Virus record (IMG/VR): IMGVR_UViG_3300044631_000551
Span: 1-64,000 of that record
DNA from: a virus
Direction: 5' to 3' (one strand)
DNA: 64,000 bases
Shown here: positions 17,507 through 27,461 of the stretch, one piece after another
How positions within the stretch are numbered: the first letter of the stretch is position 1
Layout: each line of letters starts with the position of its first letter
Notes under the pieces: generated by a model
The model's database searches: none
What the model saw: only the letters and a program-made list of their open reading frames with translations
Told to the model about the DNA's origin: nothing
Translations under genes and position numbers: made by a program

Positions 17507-18376
17507 TTATTGAATTTCGCTAGTATATTGTTCCGTATCGCCATCAACAATTGTCGTCACAATAGTTCCAACAATGGTATTAAATACAGTATCGGTAGAT
17601 CTAGAAGTTGATGCAGTCGTAGATTTTGATATCGATGCACCAGTAGCAAACACCGTATCATATTTAGTGGTTGTACCATAGAACGTATTAAATGACGTTG
17701 TTGTTGCGGTCGCTTTAGAAGTAGACTTAGAGGTTGATTTACTGGTATCATAAACCGAACCAAATACAGTAGTTGTTGCAAAAGAAGTATTTTTGGAAGT
17801 ATCAGTCGATCTAGAAGTATCAGTTGTTCTAGAAGTTTCATTTCCTGTTAATGTTAATTTGCTAGTTTCTCTTGTGGTTCCAACTGCTATATCACTACCT
17901 GATTCTTTATCAAAAATAAATGTAAATGTATCTGTTAGATAAGTCGTAGTGGTATTTACACCACCAGTAATATAGGTTGTAGTCGTACCATATACAGTAG
18001 TCGTCGCATATGTTGTTAATATTGTTGTATCTGTACTGCGAGCTGTACCAGTTAAAGTGCTTCTACTTACTTCTTTAGTAAGAAAAACTGGTTCGCCAGA
18101 TACTGTAGTTGTTATTGTTGTATTATATGTTGTAGTCGTTGAAACTTCATTAGAAGTTCCGAATACAGTATTATAAACAGTGTCATAAACTGTTGTAGTA
18201 TTTGTAGATTTGGATGTTAGCTGGCTTGTATCAGTTAATTTTTGCGTTTCAAAATTAGTATCATATCCAGTAACATAAAGAGTTACAAACGTAGTGTTAA
18301 ATACTGTTGATGTTGAACGCGAAGTTTGTCCTGTCGTTTGTCTAACAATATAAGAATTTAACAAAAACCCGCCCAT
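17507..18376 (-). CDS. 289-aa Thr-rich protein with nested mirror-complementary segments
   Basis: Same TTTF/TSK repeat alphabet as the 1202-aa protein; follows directly after the 575-aa fibre. Confidence 0.8.
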   Translation of the reverse strand: MGGFLLNSYIVRQTTGQTSRSTSTVFNTTFVTLYVTGYDTNFETQKLTDTSQLTSKSTNTTTVYDTVYNTVFGTSNEVSTTTTYNTTITTTVSGEPVFLTKEVSRSTLTGTARSTDTTILTTYATTTVYGTTTTYITGGVNTTTTYLTDTFTFIFDKESGSDIAVGTTRETSKLTLTGNETSRTTDTSRSTDTSKNTSFATTTVFGSVYDTSKSTSKSTSKATATTTSFNTFYGTTTKYDTVFATGASISKSTTASTSRSTDTVFNTIVGTIVTTIVDGDTEQYTSEIQ

Positions 18377-18377
18377 A

Positions 18378-20105
18378 TTAGGCTCGCTTGTAATATAGTG
18401 TTACTTTTAGTCCCTTCGCGCCACCACCAGCCACGTCGATATCCATAGTAATTTCGTCGTCATCAGCAATACTGGTTGATGATAGAACTGCAGCAGTAGC
18501 AGCAGTCGTACTTGTTTTTTCGTTCGCGTCAATTGTTAGTTTGGTACTCAAAATAGTAGAGCCATTTACATTAATGTCAACCGTAGGAGTTCCCGAACTA
18601 GAAGCAGTTGCTAAAGAAGCGCGAGGAATTTTAGTTAGAGTCCAAGCAAATGGAGCGCGGAATGTAATCTTTGCTGTACCAGTTGTAATGCTAGTAGTTT
18701 CATCAGAAAGAGCAAGAGTTAGTGATTGTTCAATACCAAGAGCCACTGCATTTGTTGAGAGAACAAATCCGTTCGCTACGTTTAATGTACCAGAAATAGT
18801 TGTGTTTCCAGTTGTGGTATTATTACCAGTTGTAACTACATTACCAGTTGCGACATTGCCAGAGACACTTAATGTTCCTGTTAGCGTGGTATTACCAACT
18901 GCCATGGTATTAACAATTGTTACTGCGCCATTAACAGCAAGTGTGCTTCTTAGATTAACAGCACCACCAACGTTAGCAGTAGATACGATATTTGCATATC
19001 CATCAACGTTTAGATTACCAGAAATATTCGTGTTACCAACGTTTAGAGTCTGCGCAGTAATCGAGCCAGTAAACGAAGGAGAAGCAGAAAGAACTACTGA
19101 ACCAGTACCAGTTGAAGTTGCTGTACCTGTACCACCGCGAGCGACTGGTAGAGTGCCGACTGCGACAGCAGTTGCGTTTACAAACAAACCAGTAGAGTTA
19201 GCAATAATACCAGAGTTAGCTAGAACCGATAAAGTTCCTGTCGAGGTAATTGGACCACCAGTTAGACCTGAGCCAGAAGCAACAGAAGTTACAGTACCAG
19301 TTGTTAGTGTTGACCAATAAACATTACTGGTGCCAGCGCCAGATGTAAGAACTTGACCAGCCGAACCTTGTGAGCCATTAGCTGTAATTCTAGTAGTACC
19401 AAATGCAACATTACCAGAAATAGTGACTGTATTTGAGAAAGTTGCTGCGTTTGTAACTGTAATGCTGTTTGAGAACGTAGCAAAATTAGTTACAGTAATT
19501 CTATCGGAGAATGTAACATTAGCTTGGAAAGTACTGTTCGTGCTAGTTGTTAAACCACCACCAATAACAACGTTGCCAGAAATATTAGCAGTACCAGTTA
19601 CAGTCAGAGCAGCATCAGGAGTTGTATTATTTACACCGACTCTATTGTTTACCGAATCAACAAATAAAGTTCCTGAGTCAAAGTTAGAATTTCCTGAGAA
19701 AACAGTCGGAACGGCTGCATAATACCAGCTACTACCGTTGGCGCTATTAGCAGCCAGAAGATAGTGAGTTGCGTTCGCAGCTGTACCAGTGTTGACACTG
19801 CTTAGAGTGTCAATAGTCATCGCACCCTTAACGGCGAGCGAACCGACAGCAGACAAAATAGAGTTTGAAGCAATTACCAGATTAGCAGAAGAAACAGTTA
19901 AGTTTCCGCCAGCTGAACCAGTCACAGTAATGTTGTTTCCGACGAAGCCGTTAGCCACAAAGTAGCCACTGATTGCTGCGTTACCAGAAGCAGTATTTGA
20001 TTCTACCGTAACGACCTGCACAAACGCATTCGCTATTTGGTTGGTTCTTGTCAACCAAGTCGAAAAATTGTCTGTAGTCGCGACGTTTGCGAATGTAATT
20101 GCCAT
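18378..20105 (-). CDS. Tail fibre-like structural protein
   Basis: N-terminal TDNFSTWLTRTNQI; NFDSGTLFVD..NNRVG and TGTGSVVL segments shared with the 554-aa fibre; C-terminal beta-sandwich. Confidence 0.78.
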   Translation of the reverse strand: MAITFANVATTDNFSTWLTRTNQIANAFVQVVTVESNTASGNAAISGYFVANGFVGNNITVTGSAGGNLTVSSANLVIASNSILSAVGSLAVKGAMTIDTLSSVNTGTAANATHYLLAANSANGSSWYYAAVPTVFSGNSNFDSGTLFVDSVNNRVGVNNTTPDAALTVTGTANISGNVVIGGGLTTSTNSTFQANVTFSDRITVTNFATFSNSITVTNAATFSNTVTISGNVAFGTTRITANGSQGSAGQVLTSGAGTSNVYWSTLTTGTVTSVASGSGLTGGPITSTGTLSVLANSGIIANSTGLFVNATAVAVGTLPVARGGTGTATSTGTGSVVLSASPSFTGSITAQTLNVGNTNISGNLNVDGYANIVSTANVGGAVNLRSTLAVNGAVTIVNTMAVGNTTLTGTLSVSGNVATGNVVTTGNNTTTGNTTISGTLNVANGFVLSTNAVALGIEQSLTLALSDETTSITTGTAKITFRAPFAWTLTKIPRASLATASSSGTPTVDINVNGSTILSTKLTIDANEKTSTTAATAAVLSSTSIADDDEITMDIDVAGGGAKGLKVTLYYKRA

Positions 20106-20324
20106 TTATTTTCTCTCCGCCAGAACCGCTACGATTAGCGATTTTAACTCATTTATGTTTTGTTCTAATGAAACAACTTTGTTTTCTAACTCATCGACCT
20201 TACTAAACTTCTCGCGTCGTTTGCGATATGCTTCTAACGCTTGTACATTGGTATTTAGTACTGCACCTGAACTCGTATCTTTTACTAAATCTGGAGCATC
20301 TTCAATTTTCAAATAATTCGTCAT
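20106..20324 (-). CDS. Conserved small T4-like protein with C-terminal coiled coil
   Basis: KIEDAPDLVKDTSSGAVLNTN motif; tightly packed in the operon. Confidence 0.7.
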   Translation of the reverse strand: MTNYLKIEDAPDLVKDTSSGAVLNTNVQALEAYRKRREKFSKVDELENKVVSLEQNINELKSLIVAVLAERK

Positions 20325-21928
20325 TTTTGCAGCGCGATAACTCGTAGGTCAGTAATTCTAGGTGGGTTATATTCATAACCCGAATCTGCTGTCAATACAA
20401 TTTTAATGCTGTATTTCTTGAAGCGAACGAAGTCGCCTGTTTCAGGAGCAGTTGCGCTGTAAGCAAAATATCCTTCACTGTTCTTGTATTCAGCAGGAAT
20501 TTCGAACTCAAACTCACGGAAATCGTTTAGATTCTTAGGATCTGAGAAAACACCAGCTGGCGTCACTTGAGTCAGTTCGATCCAAGGAAGACTATCGAAG
20601 TCTCTAAAATCTTCGGCTGCTTGGAACTTACCATAAACTACAACACCAGTGTTCTTAGGTTTGTATGCGTCAACATAAACTTTAATATCTTCTGCATCTT
20701 GACCATCAGCTAGTCCGATAACGCGAGAAACATATTTCGCATCAGCAGCACCTTCGCGCGTTGTTTCGTTTGTTGTATTAGCGTTTACTCTATTTGTAAC
20801 GAGTAACATCTGCGAACCATCAAGTCTAATAATTGGAGCAACATATTCATTCGTAGCATTTAGTACAGCTTGAACTTGTAATGAAGAATTACCAGCTAGG
20901 ATACTTCCGTTAGCTTCGTTGCTATAACTTAGCAAGTATCTAGATTTATCTGCGAATGTTTTTTCTTCAGAATCAGAAATATTGAAGTAGTTAGGATCTT
21001 CTGAGAAATTAGAGCCTTCTAAGAAAGTACCACTCATTTTTAGAGTTAGTTCGCTAGTTGGCTTTTTATCAATATTTAATCTAGGAATGATAGAATGATA
21101 TTCGTAGTCTTTAATTGATTCCACTGTACCATTTAATAGTCTTACAGTTTTAGTTGTACCATTTACAATCATTTGACGATAGATTTGAATTTGATCATTC
21201 GCAGTAAATGTTTGACCTGCAACAGTATCAACCAACATGACGTATTTTTCGCTAGTAGAATCTTCGTAACGATACATTGCGACAAACTTACCTTTTTCTG
21301 AATATGTTTCGCCAAATGCGCCAACCGAGTCAGAGCTATAAGGCATTAAACTTTGTACACGATTTACATCTTTAATTACGAGATATTCTAGATTTTCTTT
21401 ATTTCTAAGAGTGACTGTACCAGTAGTATTTACGTTAAATTTAGCGCGATACAATACGAACTTAATATCTTGATTGACAAGTTCTGAGTAAGTAGAGTCT
21501 GTTTCTGAATAAAATGCTTTTTCTGTAAGCGGATTACTATTGACAATAGTATCAGTAATCAAATCTCGTTCGCCACGAGTAGCACCCCAAACAGCAAAGT
21601 CAGAACTTGGCGTTTGAATAGCAAAGCAATAGTTCTTAGAAGAATCCAAGAAAACTGGAGTATCAAATTGAAAAGTAGTTTCAGTAGCACCAGTGTTAGA
21701 TACAGAAATAGAATCTGTCTCAAGAGTTACAGTAGATCCTGGAACAATTGAGTTTCTATCTGGTAGACCATCGGCCATTTCCATCAAAAATACTTTAACG
21801 CTAGATGCGCCTTTTCTCTTGAAGAATAAGCCAAGTTTAGTAGCATAGATGCCCGTTGCCTCTCCAGGAGAAGCGACTGAAAATGCTTGAGCTAAAAACT
21901 TTAACGAATTGGTTGTTGCGGTTGGCAT
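20321..21928 (-). CDS. Virion structural protein (C-terminal part of DUF4815/VrlC-like family)
   Basis: LAQAFSV...GIYATKLGLFF, T.FQFDTPVFL, QDIKFVLYRAKF, PRITDLRVIAL. Confidence 0.72.
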   Translation of the reverse strand: MPTATTNSLKFLAQAFSVASPGEATGIYATKLGLFFKRKGASSVKVFLMEMADGLPDRNSIVPGSTVTLETDSISVSNTGATETTFQFDTPVFLDSSKNYCFAIQTPSSDFAVWGATRGERDLITDTIVNSNPLTEKAFYSETDSTYSELVNQDIKFVLYRAKFNVNTTGTVTLRNKENLEYLVIKDVNRVQSLMPYSSDSVGAFGETYSEKGKFVAMYRYEDSTSEKYVMLVDTVAGQTFTANDQIQIYRQMIVNGTTKTVRLLNGTVESIKDYEYHSIIPRLNIDKKPTSELTLKMSGTFLEGSNFSEDPNYFNISDSEEKTFADKSRYLLSYSNEANGSILAGNSSLQVQAVLNATNEYVAPIIRLDGSQMLLVTNRVNANTTNETTREGAADAKYVSRVIGLADGQDAEDIKVYVDAYKPKNTGVVVYGKFQAAEDFRDFDSLPWIELTQVTPAGVFSDPKNLNDFREFEFEIPAEYKNSEGYFAYSATAPETGDFVRFKKYSIKIVLTADSGYEYNPPRITDLRVIALQK

Positions 21929-21965
21929 TTATTTCTCCAAATATTCTTTTATTTCGGCTTCTTTA

Positions 21966-24900
21966 TTACAATCCAACTTCTGTGCCTATTACTGCTGGTC
22001 CTTGATCCGGAAGTCCAGTCTGCGGATTGACTTGTGATATAGTCATAGGATTGGTTGCGTCGTAGAACAAATAATATCCAGCACCAATTATAGATGGAAT
22101 ATATCTCAAGGCTCCTTCTGGGATTCCAGCGCCAACATTTCCTGGTCCTGCTTTTAGTGGTCCATCAAGAATAGTAACGACTGGAATCTGAGTTGGATCG
22201 CATGGTTTACATGGGTCTAGCGAAGTGCTATTAGTAAAGCTAATTGTTTTCTCTGTTGTAGCAAGAACAACCGCAGCAGAACTATAATATGTAGCTGTTA
22301 CAGTAAGAGTTGTATTTGCTGGATTGCTCCAACCAATTCCTACAGAGCGACCGCCATTAGTTAATGCTTGGTTGCTTGTAATTGAAGCAGTACCGACGTT
22401 TGCTGCAGAGAAATTTGTACCAGACAAGCTTCCCGATGGAGCATTACCAACTACGCCAATAGTCACATAGCCACCAGTTACACGATTGGCTGTCATATCG
22501 CCACGGAATTCTAGGTTGACCCAGTTGACTGCTTTTGCAGTTGAAGCGTCTGACATGTAGTAGCTGTTGTTGTTTCCAGATATTACATTTAACATGGTTA
22601 GTTTTAGGTCACCATCAGATTCAAACTTAGTCAACTGAACTGGTTTTACAACTTCAGAAACAGTACTATTATTGCCACTAACTTTTAGTTTTACATAAAC
22701 TGTTTCAACCATTGAAGGGAATGTAAATGTAATGTCTGATGGATTTTGTACTGAAGAATTAGCAGAACTTGGTGTTACACAACCAGTTGAACATTGAACG
22801 AAAGTCCATTCCCATGCAACAGGTGCTTCAAGAGTTGAACCTTCTGGAGCAATAACACCTCTATTTGTTCTATCAATAAATGATAAAGTATGAGAAGTTC
22901 CATCTTCGACAACCAATGTTCCGACAACATCAAAGTCAGCAACAATTAATGGAGTCTTTGGTACTAGTGGTGGTTCAACAACTGGATTTCCTGGAACTTC
23001 TTCGACAAGAGAAATTACAAATGCGCCAAGGGATCTTGAAGAAGGAGTGGCTGGAGATACGGTGTCAGTTACAGACAACACGTGGTTTCCTAGCGATAGA
23101 TTTCCTGGAATTGTAGCAACTGCATACAACACGCCAGTTGAATCAGAATATAGAGCTTCGCCTTGTAGACCATCAACAGTTACATTTGAAGCGATCTTAG
23201 TTACACCATACGCGATATTTCCTGGCGTTGCCAACGAAGAATAGTCAACGTTATCTATGCTAATGTAATGTCTAGTCGATGGTTTTAATCCGCGAGCAAT
23301 TAACTTAACAGTTCTATTCATAGGATAGATATACTGTTCGTTGTATTGAGTGGTCGTAGGTGTAACCGTCATAGTTGTTACAGGATATTTTAACGATTGC
23401 TCAACGTCAGCAAATCTTGTCTTATCTAGTTCTACAGCACCGCTATCATATTTGTCATTAGGATCAATTGCGATTTCGCGAGTGGCATATTCCTGAGAAA
23501 TAAACTTAGTATTTGCATCGTAGCCAACAGTTACAAAGTTCTTACTGTAGCTGATGTTATTAGCTGTATCTCTAATTACTGAAGTAGATGTGCTATTTGC
23601 ATTGTTAATTTCAATCTCAACTGTTTCAGTAGAAACCATTGGACGACCGATACCAGTTGTTGGGTCGATCACGATTGTGTGCTCTGCATCACCTAGTCTT
23701 GCTAGGTTATGATTATCAAATGGATCAACGAAGAAACCATTTTTGAAGCGATCTACGCCATTAGTATCTGGGATATTTAACTGAGTAGCTTTTTGCTCTA
23801 AGCGAGTTAGAGTGGTAAAATACTCAAGAGAAGAAACGCGCTGGTCGATAGCAGCAATATCTTTCATTCTATAACGCTTATTAGAAATAGGCGAGATATT
23901 CATTGTGTAAGGCGCATTAATTACGTACTGCGATTCAGCAACAGTCAATGAAGGATATGGTGGAATATAAGTTGTCGCTACAACCATCTGGTCGTCAGAC
24001 TCTGCTCTTGGCGCACGAGGGACTATTGCAGATTCGCCCTCTACAACTTCAAATACACCCTTAGAAGTTAGAACAACAACATCACGACGAGGTAGATAAT
24101 AAGTTAGATTACATTCAAAGTTTTGACCAGGATATGGATTGTAATCAGTTGTACCTGAATTAAACAGTGTCGCTGGCGGTGGGTTGACTGTTGTTGCCGA
24201 AGCATTAGAAGTCAAGTTCGCTGTATTTGCTCGATATGGACGGAAATCAATAGAATCACGCAAAGCAAAACGACGGTTGCGTGTAGCAGAATAGTAAGAA
24301 GGAATTTCCCAAGTCCTTACATACTGCGAAGTGTTTGCGCCGATAGCGTCATTTACGCTATAAGACTCAACCGAGAAGAAGCCTTTACCAAGAGTAGCAT
24401 TAGCAGCGAAACAATCAAAGTCAACGATTAGATACGAGTTTGAAAGATTAGCAGTAGATTTAGGATATAGAACTGCGTGGTCATAGTGCGTATCACGCTG
24501 ACCGAAATCGTATGTAAAGAATTGTTTGATATCGCTAACAGCTTGATTGTTATCTGAGTTTAAATCTTTAGTTTTTGAGACGCGGTTAATTTTAAGCACG
24601 TCTGGAACACCAAGATTAAATCCATAAGGATGAACGATCTCGTAAGTATTAGCTGATAGACTTGTAGAGAATGCAGTATCTACAGAAAGTTGGGTTGTGT
24701 TGGCGATAGCTGTAACTTTCTTAGTTTCGCCATTTGCTTTAATATAGTTACCAACCTTGAAATCGGTACTAAATGCAGTAGAAGTACCAGTTACAGTATT
24801 TCCTGAAGTAGCAATAGCACCAGCAAGCGAACCATTGTAGAAACGGACTAATTGGTTGCGTTTAATTTCTTTGGCGATTGGGCGAGCGTTAGACTTTCTA

Positions 24901-27449
24901 GCGTAAGCATTAACTTTAATAGCTGTCGCGCCAGAAGCAGTAAAGTCAGGTCCAAGATCAACAGTTAAACTTTGTAGAGTTGAGTTTAACGCAATTGTTC
25001 TGTTGCTTGTAGACAAACTAATAATAGAACCTTTCTCGTGGAAACGAGCATAGGTATTTGCTACAGCAGCTGCACCGTGAGCAGTTCTTGTTGTCATCGT
25101 AGTATTACTTACGATCGAGTTTACGATTACTGCAGTATTTCCTGCTACTGTAATCTTCTCACCTACAACAAAATCACGCTGGAAGAATGTGCTAGTTCCA
25201 GTAATGGTGGTTGTAGTAGAGTTAGCAACAGAAACTGTACCACTTAGATTTACAGTCGTTAGAGCTGCACCAGTAAGAACGATATCTACTTTTTCTTCAG
25301 AGAAATCGGTGTTATCTGAGAAGCCAAAGAACGAACCACCGTCGGTTAAGCTGATAGTTGTAGTACCATTGTTTGCTAGGGAAGCATCAATAGAAGCATT
25401 GTAATAGAACTCGGTATCAGAATCGCCTTGTTCATTTCTTAGATCTCTGACAGCGCGATTCGTTAAACCAAATACGAGGGCTGTGTAGTCAGTAGCTTCT
25501 AGCTTAGGATCGACAAACCCATCAATAGTTAAGTTTACAGTTAAGCCTGTACCCGAACCGCCTGTAACAGCAGCGCCAGACAATGTTGGATTGGCAGTAT
25601 ATTTACCACCCTGAATTAGAGAAATAGATGTGACGTTGCCTGAAGCATTGTTTACCGTTATAAGTGCAGTCGCAGAGTCACCAAGACCACCACTTACTGT
25701 AACAATGTCACCATTTGTATATCCACCACCGTTGGCAGAAATAGTAGCAGTGTAAACAGAGTTAGCGAGTTGCGAAACAGCAACGTCAGCAAACGCATTA
25801 GCAGTATTGGCATATACAATAGAACGAACTTTATTAAAGTTTTGATTTTCGTTCATCTTGACATTAAACAGATACATGTTGTATTGTGCTAATGGAGCAC
25901 CTTTGTCTGCGCTGTCGGTATCATAAACTAGGTTACGAATATTAGCTGTACCAATAACAGTACCAGTAGCAGAACTTGTTGAATTCAAGCTGGCAGTAAT
26001 AGCATTCTGGAATGAATCATATAGATTTACTGAAGCCGATTGGTCAGCTGGGAAATATCCACGAAGTTCTTCAACAGGAATGTAGCTACCATAATTCATT
26101 GAAACAATTTGTTGTACTGGTGATTCAGTATCAACACCGCGACGAGAACTCAATACTTGGTTTGACTTAAAGTCAACAGCATTACCACGAACATATGCTT
26201 TACCAGCACCGATGTCATAGTAGAATTCTTGAGTATTGGCGGATGGTTTAGAAGTAATGGTAAAGTCTTTTACAGTATAGTGACCTGACTCATCATATGT
26301 ACGCTGAGCCATTTCTTGGCCAACTGCGCCACCAACAGAAGTGTTATTCCATCTTAGAATATTGTCTGGACCAAATTCAGCCACAGCAAAGAATACTTCA
26401 GTATTAGGAAGTGCAGTTTTCGCATAAGAAACGAAATTAGTTTCTAGTTTTAGTCGGTGTGCGCCAGGAGCTGCGCCATTTGATAAGTCAGCAGAGTTAT
26501 CATACAACGAAGAATCAGCAAATTCGTCTACTATCGTTTCGGTTGTTTCCATACCAACGATAATACCATTAGCAGCAGAAGGACCACCAGCCGAAGCATT
26601 TAGAATTAGAGTTTGTGTATCTGTCTTTACGAAGAAACCTTTTTGATACACAATACCTTCTGAGACGCTTAGAGCATAAGCATTACCAACGCCAGTATAT
26701 CTGTTATCACCAGGAGTTGTAAGAATAGTTGTGTTTGCTAGATTATTGCTAAAATTAAGCTCGATTGCAGATACAGTCGTACTTACAGATGTGTTAGATA
26801 GAAGTTGAATTGTTTCTCCAACAGTAAAATCTTTTCTAACATTAGTAATAGTAATTTCGTTAGAGGTAGTATTGGCAGCTGTGATTAAACCACGAGCATC
26901 AGAAGTTGTACCTCTAATACGACCATTTACAGCAAAATTGGTAGCATTAGCAACAGTAATGACTGATGTTCCGAGATAAGATTTATCTTCGCCATAAATT
27001 ACAATAGATTCGCCTTCTTGGAATCCGCTAATACCGTTCTTACCAGTAGAAGTATATTTTACAAAAAACTTTGATGGTTCTGCGGATGCAGCAAAGCCAA
27101 GTTCGCCTTTTAGAATTCTAGCTTGAACGCCAGAGTTAGCGCCATAAAGAATAGCGCCAACATAAGAAGTGTTAGAAGCATTAAATGTAGTATTAGAATC
27201 AGGAACAGCAACATATACAGCATCAGGAATTACTGTCGGAGCACAGCCCTTAATGATACTGCCTTGCTTGAACACGCCATCGCCAAATCGTTCGATTTGG
27301 TTTTGTAGAATAGTTTGAAGCTGAGTTAATTCTCTAGCTTGAACTGGAAATGATGGTCTAAACAATACTCGATGAAACTTTTTGGTTTCATCAAAATCGT
27401 CATAGTATGGTGCCGACGCTAGAGTTGTGTTTGCAATATCAGCTGACAT
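21966..27449 (-). CDS. Large virion structural protein (DUF4815/VrlC-like)
   Basis: APYYDDFDETKKFHRVLFRPSFPVQARELTQLQTILQNQIERFG, RTYDESGHY, DRFKNGFFVDPF. Confidence 0.85.
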   Translation of the reverse strand: MSADIANTTLASAPYYDDFDETKKFHRVLFRPSFPVQARELTQLQTILQNQIERFGDGVFKQGSIIKGCAPTVIPDAVYVAVPDSNTTFNASNTSYVGAILYGANSGVQARILKGELGFAASAEPSKFFVKYTSTGKNGISGFQEGESIVIYGEDKSYLGTSVITVANATNFAVNGRIRGTTSDARGLITAANTTSNEITITNVRKDFTVGETIQLLSNTSVSTTVSAIELNFSNNLANTTILTTPGDNRYTGVGNAYALSVSEGIVYQKGFFVKTDTQTLILNASAGGPSAANGIIVGMETTETIVDEFADSSLYDNSADLSNGAAPGAHRLKLETNFVSYAKTALPNTEVFFAVAEFGPDNILRWNNTSVGGAVGQEMAQRTYDESGHYTVKDFTITSKPSANTQEFYYDIGAGKAYVRGNAVDFKSNQVLSSRRGVDTESPVQQIVSMNYGSYIPVEELRGYFPADQSASVNLYDSFQNAITASLNSTSSATGTVIGTANIRNLVYDTDSADKGAPLAQYNMYLFNVKMNENQNFNKVRSIVYANTANAFADVAVSQLANSVYTATISANGGGYTNGDIVTVSGGLGDSATALITVNNASGNVTSISLIQGGKYTANPTLSGAAVTGGSGTGLTVNLTIDGFVDPKLEATDYTALVFGLTNRAVRDLRNEQGDSDTEFYYNASIDASLANNGTTTISLTDGGSFFGFSDNTDFSEEKVDIVLTGAALTTVNLSGTVSVANSTTTTITGTSTFFQRDFVVGEKITVAGNTAVIVNSIVSNTTMTTRTAHGAAAVANTYARFHEKGSIISLSTSNRTIALNSTLQSLTVDLGPDFTASGATAIKVNAYARKSNARPIAKEIKRNQLVRFYNGSLAGAIATSGNTVTGTSTAFSTDFKVGNYIKANGETKKVTAIANTTQLSVDTAFSTSLSANTYEIVHPYGFNLGVPDVLKINRVSKTKDLNSDNNQAVSDIKQFFTYDFGQRDTHYDHAVLYPKSTANLSNSYLIVDFDCFAANATLGKGFFSVESYSVNDAIGANTSQYVRTWEIPSYYSATRNRRFALRDSIDFRPYRANTANLTSNASATTVNPPPATLFNSGTTDYNPYPGQNFECNLTYYLPRRDVVVLTSKGVFEVVEGESAIVPRAPRAESDDQMVVATTYIPPYPSLTVAESQYVINAPYTMNISPISNKRYRMKDIAAIDQRVSSLEYFTTLTRLEQKATQLNIPDTNGVDRFKNGFFVDPFDNHNLARLGDAEHTIVIDPTTGIGRPMVSTETVEIEINNANSTSTSVIRDTANNISYSKNFVTVGYDANTKFISQEYATREIAIDPNDKYDSGAVELDKTRFADVEQSLKYPVTTMTVTPTTTQYNEQYIYPMNRTVKLIARGLKPSTRHYISIDNVDYSSLATPGNIAYGVTKIASNVTVDGLQGEALYSDSTGVLYAVATIPGNLSLGNHVLSVTDTVSPATPSSRSLGAFVISLVEEVPGNPVVEPPLVPKTPLIVADFDVVGTLVVEDGTSHTLSFIDRTNRGVIAPEGSTLEAPVAWEWTFVQCSTGCVTPSSANSSVQNPSDITFTFPSMVETVYVKLKVSGNNSTVSEVVKPVQLTKFESDGDLKLTMLNVISGNNNSYYMSDASTAKAVNWVNLEFRGDMTANRVTGGYVTIGVVGNAPSGSLSGTNFSAANVGTASITSNQALTNGGRSVGIGWSNPANTTLTVTATYYSSAAVVLATTEKTISFTNSTSLDPCKPCDPTQIPVVTILDGPLKAGPGNVGAGIPEGALRYIPSIIGAGYYLFYDATNPMTISQVNPQTGLPDQGPAVIGTEVGL

Positions 27450-27461
27450 TAATTCGCTCCG

